A DNA stretch of 62,994 nucleotides, counting the filler, from Reclinomonas americana ATCC 50394 (Eukaryota), in NCBI GenBank assembly GCA_048213135.1. It is 11 parts of 11 records of this genome, joined end to end, with 100 filler letters (N's around TTAATTAATTAA, not from the genome) between each part and the next. Parts side by side here need not be neighbours in the genome. Positions count along the whole stretch, not along the records: positions 35,798 to 52,998 come from AFZH01019072.1; 10 more parts are not named here. One strand, given 5' to 3'. Positions 36,255-50,248 of this stretch are shown piece by piece. The notes beneath the pieces were generated by a model that was given only the letters and a program-made list of their open reading frames with translations, had not been told where the DNA came from and made no database searches. Made by a program: the position numbers and the translations under genes. Within the stretch, counting starts at the first letter, position 1, and each line of letters starts with the position of its first letter.

Positions 36255-38391
36255 ATGTGGCCGCGACTGTGCCAGCGCACAGTTGGCGGAGTGGCGCCAT
36301 GGAGCATGACCTCTTATCGCCTGTTTAGTGCTGCATCAGCGGCGAGAAGTGGTGAGGAGGAAAGGGAAAAGATGAAGAGCAATGATGCACAGCGTGCTCA
36401 TCCCTGTGCCTGTTGTGCGCAGTGCCACTGGTCGTTCGTGCAGCCGCCGAGCACGGCTCTCGCACTGCCGTTGTCCAGGGCAGCGTCAGGTGCAGAGAAG
36501 AAGCACACACATGCGATTGTATGCTGTCTCACTCTCCTCCCCAGTCACACATACGCGCAGCTGCATCGCGATAGCGCACAGATGGCACACTGGCTGAGCG
36601 AGCAAGTCGGTCGTTCCGTGTCACTGTTGCGTGTGGTCTACATCCGTTTGCTCTGATCGTCGATAATGACTTGTGCAAGCAGACGTGGCGAGCGCATCAG
36701 CTTCCTCTTTCATCCCTCGTACGAGTTCTGTGTGACGATGCTGGCTGTGTGGCACCTGGGTGCCGTGGCCGTACCGCTCTGTTGCGACCAGCAATGAGAC
36801 TTGTCTGTCGCGAGGGATGCATTGTTCCGACTCGTGGCAACCCGCGCAGGCACGGTGCATCCGACTGAGGAGCTGCAGTATGTGATTGACAACTCGAGGT
36901 CGCGCCTAGTCGTGGCCGCCCCCTCGTTCCGATCGGTGCTCGAGCCTGTCGAGAAGCAGCGTGAAGGCCATGTCAAGTTTGTGTATCCTGGCGAGCTGCA
37001 GCAGCAGCAACAGGCACCGGATGCAGTGGCGGTCTCGCAGGACGACCCGGCGCTCATCATCTACACCAGTGGAACCACCGGTCGTCCAAAGGGTGTGGTT
37101 CTGCATCACGGCGCCATGGAGAGCCAGGTGCAAGTGCTGCTAAAGGCGTGGGGCTGGTCCAAGGACGATCGCATCCTCAATCCGCTTCCGCTGCACCACG
37201 TGCACGGTCTGATCAACGCCACCCTGTGCCCGCTGGCCATGGGTGCCACGTGTGAGTTTGTGGAGGCCAAGTTTGACGCGCTTGCCGTGTGGCGACGCTT
37301 CGCGTCGGACGAAATCACCGTCTTCATGGCGGTTCCCACCATTTACGGTTCGGCTTGTGATCTTGTTTGTGATGCAGCAACCACCACTGCCACTGACAGC
37401 TGCTCCCACCACAGTCAAGCTGATGCAGTCGTTCGAGGCCCTCACGGACAATGCTGAAAAGGAGCGACTGCGACACGGTGCCGAGCGACTGCGGTTGATG
37501 GTGTGCGGATCGGCGGCACTGCCGGGTTAGCTGTTTTTCTTGGTCTTGTCGTGTTGTTTCATCCTCTCGCACTCATTCGGTTTGTTTTTGCACCAGTCCC
37601 GATTCTGGAGCGGTGGCGCTCCATGACGGGTCACACGCTGTTGGAGCGGTACGGCATGACCGAGATTGGCATGGCGCTGTCGAATCCGCTGCACGGCGAG
37701 CGAGTGCCAGTTTCGTGCTTTTGAGTGACTCGACGCGCACACACTCCCCTCGCTCACAAGGATGATTTTTTGCCTTTCTTAGGGTTCAGTGGGCACACCA
37801 CTGCCCGGTGTCGAATGCCGCATCATTCCCTCGTCTCCCGACGACCCCAACGTCGGCGAGCTGTGGGTCCGGGGACCCTCGGTGTTCCGCGAGTACTTTG
37901 AGTTGCCCAAGGCGACTGTAGAGAGTTTTGAAGACGGCTACTTCAAGACCGGCGACATTGTCGGTTCGTCTCTCCTTTCCCCTCCGTCTCTCGGTTGCAT
38001 CGGTGTACTCATCACACCTTGCATGGCAGAGCGCAACCCGATGAGTGGTACGTACCAGATCCTCGGTCGCGCGAGTGTCGACATTATCAAGTCGGGCGGC
38101 TTCAAGATCTCGGCTCTCGACATTGAGCGCGTCATCCTCGAGCACCCTGCTGTACTCGAGTGCGCCGTGCTCGGTCGACCCAGCGAGGAATGGGGTGAAA
38201 AGGTCGCCGCGGTGGTGGCCATGCGACCCGGTGCCACACCCTTGCGACTGGCCGACATTCGCTCGTTCTGCAAGGACAAGCTGGCACCCTACAAGATTCC
38301 TTCGGTGCTAAAGGTGGTCGACGCCATTCCGCGCAACGCCATGGGCAAGATCAACAAGAAGCAGCTAGCCAAAGACCTCTTCCCCGCGTGA
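36255..38391 (+). CDS. ACSF3: Malonyl-CoA synthetase, ACSF3/MatB type (AMP-binding family), probably mitochondrial
   Basis: [93 protein letters not shown]. The N-terminus is Arg/Ser-rich without acidic residues. Start is tentative. Confidence 0.93.
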
Positions 38392-38410
38392 TTGCAGTGA
38401 AGCGATTTTT

Positions 38411-39600
38411 TTACGTGTACAAGTGAGCACGTTGTGTTGCGCCGTGTTGCTTCGACGTGAGCGCGGAGTAGATGTGTGAGAGATCTGCGTGCGCATCAAG
38501 GATGAGGCACGTCGCATTGTGTGTACTGATGAGCAAGGCAACATACTCACCGTCTTTTGTCAGTGACAGCGCCTGCCACAGGGGAGCGTACGCCATCACT
38601 GTCTCCACTTCCACCAGCAGCTGGTTGCCGTACGAAATCAGCACGGCGCAGGCATGTCCATGCACCACACTCTGCACGCATGCATTCAGCAACACGCTCA
38701 TCCGCGCACACACTGCGACTCGCGGCAGACGCAACTTGTTGCATGACGCCAGCTGCCACGCCGTCCACAAAATTGGGAATGGGCAGCGTCGTGACATCGC
38801 GCAACCCGTACCGTGGAGTAGCCTGTGGAGAAAGGTGCCAGTCAGTACACAATGTCTTCGATAGTGTCACGATGCGCGCCACTCACCGTCTGTCGCTGGT
38901 TCTGCAACACGCGCAACAACGGCGGTGTCATGTCCATGTACTGATCGCTGAAGAATCGCGCACTCTCCTCCGCAGCCAGCACAAACAAACTGCAAAGCCT
39001 CGCCCCCATGAACACACACACACATCATCATCATTATCATCAAACGCAATCGCAACCTCGTACGCTCGGGATCCACAGCACCCGCAATGGCCGCCGACAC
39101 GCTGTAGGCCCACTGATTGTCGACCTTCTTCTCGAACACCAGCAGACTCACAGAATAGCCGCCGGCTGTGCGCACCACAAAGAACGACGCCACCTTGCCG
39201 ACACCGCCCTGCACTACACGCATGAGCAGCGCGCTCCCTCGCGAGAGATGCTGCAGCACACGGCACACGCAACAGGAATCAACAAGTGCGCCGCAGCCGC
39301 CTCCTCGCCACTCAAGAACCCGCGAGCAGCAATGGATCCGGCGCCATACAGCGCCACCACACATGCCACGCTCTGTCGCACATCGTCTTGCGCCACCCAC
39401 TGCGCACACACAGTCACCGACTTGTCTCTCTCTCTCAGTTGTCTCTGTGAGCAATCTCTGCGCACCTCAATCTCGGCTTCTCCCTCCGGCAACGGCTCGA
39501 GCATGTCGTCGACTTCATCGTAGGCTGCGCCAGAGCGGCTGTACGTGTCGGGCTGCAACTCAAACAAGGCGGGATCCTGCACAGGCACACCATGCAAATT
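38411..39600 (-). CDS. PSMG1: Proteasome assembly chaperone 1 (PAC1); start not resolved
   Basis: LPIPNFVDGVAAGVMQQ resembles the PAC1 L-x-x-PN-x-V-x-x-x-x-AA motif. Also ETVMAYAPL, a C-terminal HbYX tail HLYT-stop (TAA 38411-38413), and an N-terminal SR followed by an acidic stretch. Confidence 0.75.
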
Positions 39601-40042
39601 TGAACATTCTTCACAGAGGAGGAAGAAGAATGAGAGTGCTTGTGCATTGCCGCTTTTGTTGGCGTCACATAGAGCGATGTGATGCATGCACGCGAGAGTG
39701 TGTGTGTGAGAAAGAGAAAGAAAGGTGCGACATGCTCTTCCTCCGACAAAACACTTGGTTTTTTTCCGCTGATTCTCTCCTCTTCCCCCACAAGCACACG
39801 TTGCTCACCATTTGCGAGAGATGTGTTCTGGCTCTGGCCCAACAAAGACAACGACGGAGATGACTGGAAGAGACTTGTCGCGCGGGACAGACAACATGCA
39901 TTGGTGTGACGACGTTTTCACGTTCTTGTTGGGCACGGCATGGCGGCGTGTGAAGAAGGGGGATAAGACGAGAGGGAGTGGGCTGGGGAAACAAAGAAGA
40001 AAACGAGAAAGAGAAAGGCAAGTCGGGTTCTTGTCAGCGACG

Positions 40043-40949
40043 TCACTGAATGTCGACGCGGCGCGTGTCGACGCCGCGCGTTGTCTCCAGCTTGGGAATG
40101 TCGACCTGCATCACCAAAAGAGTACGTTTTTGAGTGTGCGGATAAGCGGCTGCAGTCTTTCTCCATCGCACCCACCTTCAGCACGCCATTGTCGAATCTC
40201 GCCGTCACCTCGTCCGTGTTCGCGTTCTCCGGCAGGCGGAACGAGCGGAGGAAACTGTACGTGCGCCCATTAGCAGGAGAGGATGGTGAATTAGAATACG
40301 AGGTGGCGGGGACGCAACGTTCCCCACGAGCGCTCCACTCGGTGCCACTGCTCCGTGTCGTCGCGTCGCTCCTTGCGAGTCTCGCCGGTGATGGTCAGCA
40401 CGTCGTTGTCCACCTCGACCTGCACAGCCACCCGTGTGAGTCAAGCTAACCACTGATCACACGCCGATCGAACTGAGCGAACTGACCTTGATCTGATCGC
40501 GGTCGACGCCGGGGATCTCGGCCTCAATGTGCAGATTCTGGCTCGTCTCGCTCAGATCGCAGCGCGGGTGCCACTTGGTGAGTCCGAGGCCACCAACGCC
40601 ACCAAAACCGGTGCGCGACAGCTGTCCTTGCTGCTGTTGGCCCTGCACGCCCTGTACGCCCTGCACGTCGATCTTGCCGACGCCAGAGGTGCCCTCGTTG
40701 ACGCCCGTGCCGCCGACCGTGCCCTGCACGCCTTGCGTGCCCGTGGTGCCCATGATCGACGGCTGATTGAAACCCACGCCGCGGGAGCCCCACGCATTCA
40801 TGGCCAGCAGCTGATCCATCTCACGCTGCATGCGGGCCAGCTCCTACTCACGTGCGAAAGGTCAGAAAACGAAACAGGAACCCGTTTCCACATAACGCAA
40901 ACTTAACACACGCACGCACCTGATACGGGTCCAAGGTGAAGAAGCTCAT
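40043..40949 (-). CDS. HSP20: Small heat-shock protein (Hsp20/alpha-crystallin domain), 5 exons
   Basis: MSFFTLDPYQ|ELARMQREMDQL...WHPRCDLSET..LHIEAEIPGVDRDQIK|VEVDNDVLTITGE..WHRVERSWGT|FLRSFRLPENANTDEVTARFDNGVLK|VDIPK...VDIQ-stop. Confidence 0.96.
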
Positions 40950-41363
40950 GGTGATGCTGGAATGAGGAGGTTGCAAACGCTCGCCGAGTAGGGGAAAAAA
41001 CTGTGTGAGGTGTTATTCTGTCGTCTCAGCTCCACCGATATCACACAATTCACCCGTCGGACAAGACGCGCGGATCGAGTGCCGCCACCAGACAAGTGTC
41101 GCCTGCGTGTGCGTGAGTGCTGTCACGAAGCCATTTCCGCCTGCCATATCTCATCCCCACAACCATGCATCTTGCGTCGCATCCACAGCAGCGAGAGGCG
41201 AAGGCGACTGATTGAGGCGAAACATAAAACGCAAAACACTGCTGCAAGGAGAATCTCAGTGCGCAGAAACTGATTCCGCGACGAATAATTCTCCGCCACG
41301 GGGAGTGGACGACGACACCGCACAAAACGCGAATGAATAAGTTAGCTCCTCCATTCCACACAC

Positions 41364-44300
41364 TCACAACAAATCGAATCTATCTAGCTGCTCCGCACAG
41401 CTGTGAACAATATCGTCCCATTCCATGCCTTGAGCAATCTGTTGTGGGCGTGTGTACGTGCATGAGATCCGCGACTGCCACGAGGAACAATCGAAGGCAC
41501 AATCGCCGCACAAACCTGTAACCGCGTGGTCAAGTCCGGGCACTCCATGGTGAACTGGCGGAAAGCATGCATTTGCTCCAACGTCAGCGCCCTCTGATTG
41601 CCGACCGCACGTGCCCTTTCGAACACGCCCCTGCACAGCGGGGAAAACAAAAGTAGCACGTGTTCAGAACGGAATGAAGAAGTGAGGGGAGTGAACGGGG
41701 AAGGCTAGCCGCAACTTGAACACCATCGGCGTGCACAACATGTTGCTCCGGAATTCGTGGAAGAACGAGATACGAGCGCCCATCACCACATGTGCATGCA
41801 GCGCCAACACCCAGTCGTGCTCGGTCAGATCGTAATACGCAGCAATCAGCCGCAAGTCACTAAAGTCAGCGTGACGGCACATCAGGGTACGAGCGCCCTC
41901 CTTGGTCAGTGCTGCATGTGTGACGGTCACAGTCAGCTCCACGCGACAAACTCCCGAAAGGAGAGAACCAAGGTTGAATTACCGAGGACTTGCACGGGCT
42001 TCAGGCGGTACTGCAAGTCGACAAGCGAACGCAAGCAGGAGGTGCGTGCCGTGAACTCGTAGCACTCCGCCTGTTCGAACGCACCGCTGGCAGTCTGCAG
42101 CTGATCTCCAATGGTCTCCAGCTCGTGCGCCACGTGTGGTTTGTCGAGGCCCTTCTCCACCAGTCGCTGAATGCGTGCCTCCGCCATGTCACGCATCTTC
42201 TCGCCCAGCGCGCGGAACATTTGGAAGCGCAGGTAAATCATTGTCAGCTTCTCGTCGTCGGCCGGGTAATGGTCTTGCACGTAGGTGGCGAGCGCCAGTC
42301 GCAGCTCGTCCTGCTGGTCGCTGTACGGCGGATCGCACAACTCGTGTCAGTTCACGCGCAATTGCATAACAAACCAACACGGAGAGTACTCTCGTACCGA
42401 TTCAGATTGGTGTTCTTGCGCAGCACCAGCTCGAACTGGTCGTGCTCCAGCAGAATCTCGAACAAAAACTGCAGCCGGTGATACTGCCGAATGGAGGTCA
42501 ACAGTCGCACCAGCGGCGCAAACACACCCCGCGCGGCGAATTCCGGTGCCCGACGCTCCATCAGCGCAAATACCGACTCAGCACCCTCCAACTGGAACGT
42601 CATGTCGAAGCAAATGTAGGCCAGCACCAACAATTCGCCCTGACACGCCGGCGGCATGCTGTCGGAGGTGGCCTCTTGCACTCTCTTCAACACCTCCCAG
42701 CCAAGCTGCACAAAGAACGAACAACATGGATCGGTGTCGCGATTTTTTTGTGTCGGCAAGGCCGTGTGGGGGAGCCACACACCTTTTCCTGATCGTCACA
42801 AATCTGCGCAAACACGACAAACTCCTTGCGATTCCACAGGAACGGATCCGAGGGGATCTCACGGGGCTTGATACGTCCCGGCAGGGGCGACTCCACAGGA
42901 GGGCCCTACACACGGCGCAGCAGTCGGCAGCTGCTCTAAAAAACTCACAGCGCGCACACACACACACACAAACACACGCAACGCTGGACGATGGACTCGG
43001 AGACAGATACGAGCTCTGTACGGTGGCCGAGTACAGACTCCACAGCTCGCTCGAGAACTCTGCAGCAGCAGCACGGTCAAGCGCCAGCCAGACTGCGGCA
43101 AAATACAGCGCAAAACAAGCTCACCAGCAAAGTAGTCGCGGACCATCATTGCCGGCTGCGCCAGCACCAACTCGGGCGATGTGCTGGCCAAACGCTGCAG
43201 CTCCTTCTCGGCCTTGTCGTGACAGTCCTTGACCCACTCCTCGTAGTAATCGCACATTTCGCGAATGACTTCGCTCATGTTCATGCGGTGCACGCCCACG
43301 TACTTGTGGCACAGGCGGTACGAATTCAGACCCGTCTTGAGCAGCGTGCGGAACACCTGTGTGCACGCCTGTGTGTGAGCAACGACAACAAAAGAAGAAG
43401 GCGACGATGACGCCCACGTGACACACATCAAACGGCACTCTCCGCTCCATGTGTGAACTCGACGTGCGCAGCAGCCGCGCGACAATGTACTGAATGATGG
43501 CGCGCGTACAGTACTCGGTGGCGGCGGTGCCGTACAGGCTGCACACACACACAAGACACGCAGGTGAGCCACAACGAGCACTGTCAACATTGCGGTTCCA
43601 CGCATCACACACACCGTGACACTCGCTGCAGCAAGAGGAACGAACTCTCCGCCGACAGCAGCGACACATCGTTTCCGAAACCAATCTGCTCATCCACACG
43701 CGAACGCACATCGGTCGACAGGTTCAGCCACCACTCCGAGCATTGCTCATTCTGAGCGAGGCGCATGTGACAGGTGAGACGCAGACCACGACAAACTTCG
43801 GGTGTGTATCACGTACCTCCAACACATCCTTGGCGGCGAGCGCAATCTGCAGCGATGGAGGCGACACGTCGAGGGTGGTGCAAATGGCGAGCGCTTTCTC
43901 CACCAATCCCTCGCGCAGCATAAAGTCCAAACACTGATTCACACATCTGCACAAACGAGAATCAAGGAGAGAGAGAGAGCGTGAGGTTCCGGTGAATGCG
44001 ACAATGGGAAGCACCGTCCTACTTGCTCTCTCACCTCTTCACGGACGGAATCTTGATCAGTCCGGTTACATCAGCACCCTCCTCGAGAATTGCATTGATG
44101 GGGAATGGGTCATCGTGTTTCTCTGCAGCGGCGTACGCACGTGAGAACTCTGGTGCTACACTGCCACGGACAGTGGAAAACGCACCGCGTGGGTACCGCA
44201 GCTCCAGTTCGCGAATCACCGACAGCAAATCACATGCAACGCCGACACGCGTGACCGTGTCCGGCGAGATGTTGCCGCTGCAGGCGCAGTGAGTGGCGAT

Positions 44301-47300
44301 CAACGAGAGCAAACTGGAAGATATTGCAAGAACCTTTCGTCGCGCTCCACCCACGATCGGCAGAATCCGAGAAGCGCTGCCGAGTCGTCCACCGCAACAA
44401 ACGGGAACGACAGGGCGCACGAGCGGAAAAAGGCACCAGCATTGTGCGGCTGTACTTGATTCTCCTCGAGAAGTCGCTGGCATCGTCGCCACAGTTCACC
44501 ACGACGTTTGATCTTGACCTCGAGCACCATGGTATCGGACTGGTGCACGCGACAGAGATTAGAAAGATGAGCGCGCGACAGAACAAGCGTGTGCCAACCG
44601 CAACTTCCTGATGCCGCTCCACGAGAGCTCCCGTGTGGGCAAGCACCACTCGATCACACGGTCGCGAGGCAAACACGCAAAACTCCTTGCCCTCATCGTA
44701 GCAGCCGGCCTGCACCAGTTCGTCTTCCACGAGTGCACAAAAGTGCTCCGAAGCTGCGGGCACATCGAATCAGCAAATCAACTCACGCCTTCCAGTTCCC
44801 AGACCACACTCACCTTCGTGCGCGGGCATGTTGCTGGGGAACAGTTTGTCCAAGTGGGATCGCAGACTGCAATGCAGCAACAAACGCGGTCAGAGCAGCA
44901 CATCGCAAACACTGCTGGGAACGTCTCACGCACACTTCCACATCGAAAATGTTGACGACGCGAGTCGCCAAGAAACAAGACACTGCGTGGCCAAACAGAG
45001 GCAAACGCGGATCGATCATCGCGACACCAGATCGCACGCTTGCGTCGCTGCAGAAGAGGCCAGTCAATTTCTACCAGCATGCACTCAACAATGCCACTGC
45101 AGCAAAAACCTTGACGGAGTTCGTGCAGACCGTGAGCGCGACTGCAACAGACGCAAAAGTGCCATGCACTGATATGCGTTCACAAACACGCGCTGCAGCA
45201 GCAGCAGAATGCATCGGTTGATCAGCGCAGCAGTCCAGCGCACAGTTCCGATGACATGCGTCGTTTCCCTGAGGCACCCCACCTGGTGAGTGAGCTGAAT
45301 GGACTCTGAAAAAGGAGAGAACTATTGCAACGAACCCGCTGGCAAACTGCTTGAACCGCTGCTCAAACACGGCAAAACGCGCACCGAGGTGATCCTCCGC
45401 ACGGTACACAATCAAGTGCACGAGCAACTCCGCAAACGCCGCGAGCGGATGTCGTGGATCGAATACACCAAACACTTCTACCAGCATCTGTGCTCCGTGT
45501 GGTCTGCACAGTGCACGCAACACCTCGCGGAACAGTTGCTGGTGCCCGTCGTCGCTGCGAGCGAGCAACAGCAGAGATACGTGAGGAAACCAAGCACGAG
45601 AGACGAGGCGCAGGAGGACAACAGCAACAACACCCGCACATGAATTCAACCGTGCCCTCGTCAGCCTCCATCCACTGGTCGTCAAACGAGGGTGCAGCCG
45701 CGACGGCAACCTCAGTATCACTGCCGGGCGACATGAGCATGTCTTCATCGATGCTGGATCGCTGCGGTGCAAATGCCAACAGCGCGCGGAGGTATGCAAC
45801 GGCGCACACAGCTGACGGCGCGTTGTATGGCGGTGAACTGGCCAAGACGGCAAACACAGGCCGTCGCAGCGTCACCGCACGTTCCAACAAATGCTGGGTG
45901 AAGGGCGACACTGAGGACACAACGAAACGCATTCACAAAGAAAACATGGACGACGCACCGACTGCAACTCGTCGGGTGGTGTGGTGCTGTTGTCAAGCGT
46001 AAACATGGTTTGCACAGAAGGATCGAGTTTCAACGGATGCATCACCAATCCTGGTGAGATCACGATCTTCATGAGACAAGAGCAATGGAGGGAGAAGGAA
46101 AAGTCTGGAACACGCACCTCGCTTCTCGCAATACCGACGCAGGAAGAAGCCGAGACGCTCGCGCACACTGGCACTGGGAAACACGGTGGCCAGTCGCTTC
46201 AACTGCGAAACAATTGATGTCAACACCTGCACCTTGGTTGTCTGCATCACAGCACTCTGTCGCACAGACACACCTCTTCACAGTCGAGTTGCTGGAGGTC
46301 GGCGCGCACAAGGAACTCGGCCAGAGCATCGTTTTCTGCCAGTCGGTGCATCTCCAGCGTCTGCAACTTGATGCCATGCAGAGCTGCGATTTCTCCCACC
46401 ACATCGTGCCATTCGATCCCGTCTGCCACTTCCACTCGCTGGCGGCCTTGCCCTGGCGAACACAAACAATGATGGAGTGAGATTGCATTCATCAACCAGT
46501 CACTACTTTTTCCATTTGCACGAACCGCCACCCATGCGGATGCTGCTCACGCGCCGAGCGTGCACCACGATGTGCATGATCGCCGCCTTGAGGACGGAGA
46601 GATCATTTGGCTGCCACTTGCTCCACGCATCACCGCCGTCGGCATCATCGACTCCCAGCGAGTACGGCAAGGCACCAAAGATGCGCAACGCGCCTGCCAC
46701 GTCCAGTTGCGCCACCTGGAGTAGCTCGCGCATCTCTTCCGACGCACTCTCCAGCGCCAGCGGAGCAAGTCGTGGTTTGTCTGCGTGTGTGGTGGAGACA
46801 GCAAGCTCCTCAGTGCGTTGTTGCGCCACACCACACGCTTGTTCGTGCACTCACCATCGCGTCCAAGTGTCATTTGCAGTTCGAGTCCGTCGACATCAAA
46901 GTCAGAGGGCCCGCCTGCCAGGATGCGGGCCACACCCAACGCCGCAATGGCGTGTGCACGGAGGCAGCGACTGGAGCAACCGACCAAATCGAGGAAAACT
47001 GTGCCAGCAGCGCACACCGAGCGAGTGTCCTGCAACGCAAGTCTTGTGAGAACAGCGTACCACCATCACCATTGGCGTGATAGCAGCGCACCAAAGTACT
47101 CATCGGGTAAATCGGTTCACCGACTGCACCACCGGCGGCGTCACGTTGCACAAAGGCCAGCACCAGATCTCTGACGCGCGCACCCACCGCCGCTTGCTCC
47201 TCCGGTGTGAGCGAGACTTGTTGCGTGCTCAGAGTTGAGCGCCGCTCGTGCTCCACGTACCAGCGGAAGGCCTCAAGTACTCGACCTGAGGGTGGCGAGC

Positions 47301-50206
47301 GTAAGCTAGCGACGGCCGGCAGACAGGAGAGGCTCTCGTGCCACGCTCACCTTGTGACAAAAAGTACTCGGTGCTGAGGTCGTCGGTGGACCCAAATCCC
47401 CCAGCATGCATGCTCTCCAGCATGCCCTGCAGCTGCGCACTCGAAAAGGTGGCATATGGGGCCAGCAACTTGCGTGCCGTGGTCGATGCCGACAGGACAG
47501 GATCGTCGTAGGCTGCGAGATGAAGACACACATTCGCGTTGAGAGTCGACGACGGTACGTAGCACACCGTGCAAGCACGCAACGGTGACTGGTTTCCGTC
47601 TCGCACATGTGCAACATGTCGGCCACACGCTCCATGCCATGCTTCTGCAGCAACGCCAGCAGTGTCATGTCACCGACTGCCGTGCCGAGATCGCTGACGA
47701 GATTTACATACACGTGTCAGTGCCGATTCGCACTCACAATGCCACTGGAACCGCAACACTCACCGGTCGCTGGCATCCACCGACATTGCCGCCGACGACG
47801 CACCACGGCCGCCGACAGCAGACTCGCACAATACTCGGCGCATTCGTGGCGACGCTGCCAGGATCGAGTGGAGCGCGAGGTCGGCTGCTCCCGTGAACGG
47901 ATCAATCACTGCATTACACGGTGTCAATGCATGTGACGGTAGGCGTTCAGCAGCGAGATGCAACCTTCACTGGCGACCGGTGCGTACAGCAGAGTACCAA
48001 TGGCCGCCATGAAGTTGCCGTCCACCAACAGCGACGTAAGTGTGACTTGACCGCGACTCTGCTCGGCAAACATGAATGTGTGTGGGAGAAAGAGAGGGAG
48101 AGAGAGAGGAATTGTGGCAGGTAAGCTTACCGAAAACACGGCCTCGGCATTGGCCTTGGCCAGTGCAAACTCGTCTCCTTGTGCCACCGCCAATACCACC
48201 GAAATCCACGGAGCGTCCGCATCACCAAGCGAAGCCGCCTGCTCCAAGATTAAGAACAGAGCGCGTCAGCAGTCAGCAGTCGGGTGGACAACTGACAGAC
48301 GATGCACCGGCTGTGAATGCTCACCGTATACACACGCTCCAATTGGTACGCTCGGACGTAGTGGTAGAAGCACAGGGGAGCCGCTCGCTTCGCACAGAAA
48401 CGCAAAAAGTAGTCGTGGAACTCAGAGGCAGCGCCGACCGGGACCACACGATGCAGGCGCTCCACGCTCTGTTGGCCGACACGAATTGCGTATGGTGCGA
48501 ACTGCACAGCGCCGGCAAGTCCACCGTACAATGCACGCTGCGGCTCAGCACCTGCCACACGCACGGTGTCAGCCGAGTAAGAAGACAAATATCAATGAGC
48601 GCACAGTCCGACTGGTCAACACAACTCGAGTCCGCAGGAGCAGCAGCAGTAGCGATGCGCTCCAGCTCTGCGGTTGCCATGGCCAACTCGCCGTCGCCAC
48701 GCAGCGGGAAGAGCACATGCGCACGCGCAAGGCGGGTGCGCAGTCGATCGTAATCGTCACGTTCCGCGGGCACGAAGAACCCAAGTTGCGCCAGACAGCT
48801 GAGGAACACCTCGCGAATGTATGGCTATAGAGCGGATGAGGGCGCACGCCGAGATGCAAACTCAAACACACACACGCGCATTCGTACCGTAATGTATTCT
48901 TTGGCGGCTTCAGTGGCGGCAAATTGCACAACTTGCTCCTCGTCCACCATCTCCAACTCCGACAGGCACTGCAGCGAGTGCAGAAGCGATTTTTCGTTCT
49001 GCCTCTCGAGACAGTACCGCATGTGCAACATTACATCCTCCACGGTCTGCATCACACTCTCAGCAGTGAAAAATGGGACAACCAGGAATAGAGGGCGCGC
49101 CACTTTCGAATACCGTCAGCGTCGGAGCCTTGACGCGATCAAACACCACTCGGAGGCGCGTTTCACGCGACCATGTTGCCAGCATGTCCAGCGAGAATGC
49201 CATGTAGTGCCGACTCTGTACCTCAAAGTCGTCATCCAACTCCTCGTCCCCTTCTCCGCCTTGCACCTGCGTCGCACATTGGGTTCAACAAAGAGCGACA
49301 CGATTCGACACAGCAGGCCACGTGATTGGCGCACCAGTGTGGCGTCGTCCGCCACCGTCATGATGGCTCCGTGATCGTCGACATCGCCGCATGGTACCGA
49401 AGTAGAAAAGTTGGCGAGACGCGCACGAGTTGCAGTGCCCTCCCTAGTCTCCGCCATCACTGTGCGATACGACGCGCAGAAGGCCGAGGACGGGTACAGT
49501 TCCTCCAACTGGCGTGCATAAGCTGCGTGGTCGTTGTGGTGGGAGGCGGTGAGATGAGGGGGAAAAAGAGGGAAGAAGGCCACCCACTCACCAATTAACT
49601 CGAGCTCCTCCGCCGTGAACATGGATCGCGGCAGATACTCAATGACACTACTGCGCAGCATGCGATCCACTGTGGTGAACGCAATCTCCTTCAGCACCAC
49701 AGGCGGATCCTCGCCCATGCGATGCAGATAGAGGCAGGCAGTGTCCATCTGCACTCGAGAGAGAGTCAGTTTGATGAACTTTCCCCAACACCGACAACAC
49801 AGATCTCGTGCGCGCACCTCTCCGAGCTCCAGCTGGAGGTACACGATGCGCAGGGCATGCAACTGGAATTCCTGCACGAAGCTGGCATACGCAGCTAGAA
49901 ATGCAACAGCGGTCGAACGGTGAGCACAGCTCTTGTCATACCAACTCTGCGCTGGCTGCACGCATATGCTTGCGTACTCACCAGGTGTGCGCGCCTCTGC
50001 ATCGTCTGACGAGTTGGCAAACTGGCGGAAGTGCAGGTAGGCAACGGCGCTCGACACGAGGCCCTTGGAGAGCGCCGATGAGACCACTTCCTCCAGTTCC
50101 ATTCGCGACCACTGCTGGAAGAGATTGCCGGAGAATGCAGACTCGATGCGCTGCACCATTTGCGGGGTTCCTTGTGCGCACGTGCAGTCAGCAGCCGACC
50201 GTTGTC

Positions 50207-50248
<42 letters not shown>

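Noticed and set aside
40950..41360. Heat-shock element upstream of the sHSP
   Set aside because: No convincing array of alternating nGAAn units was found.
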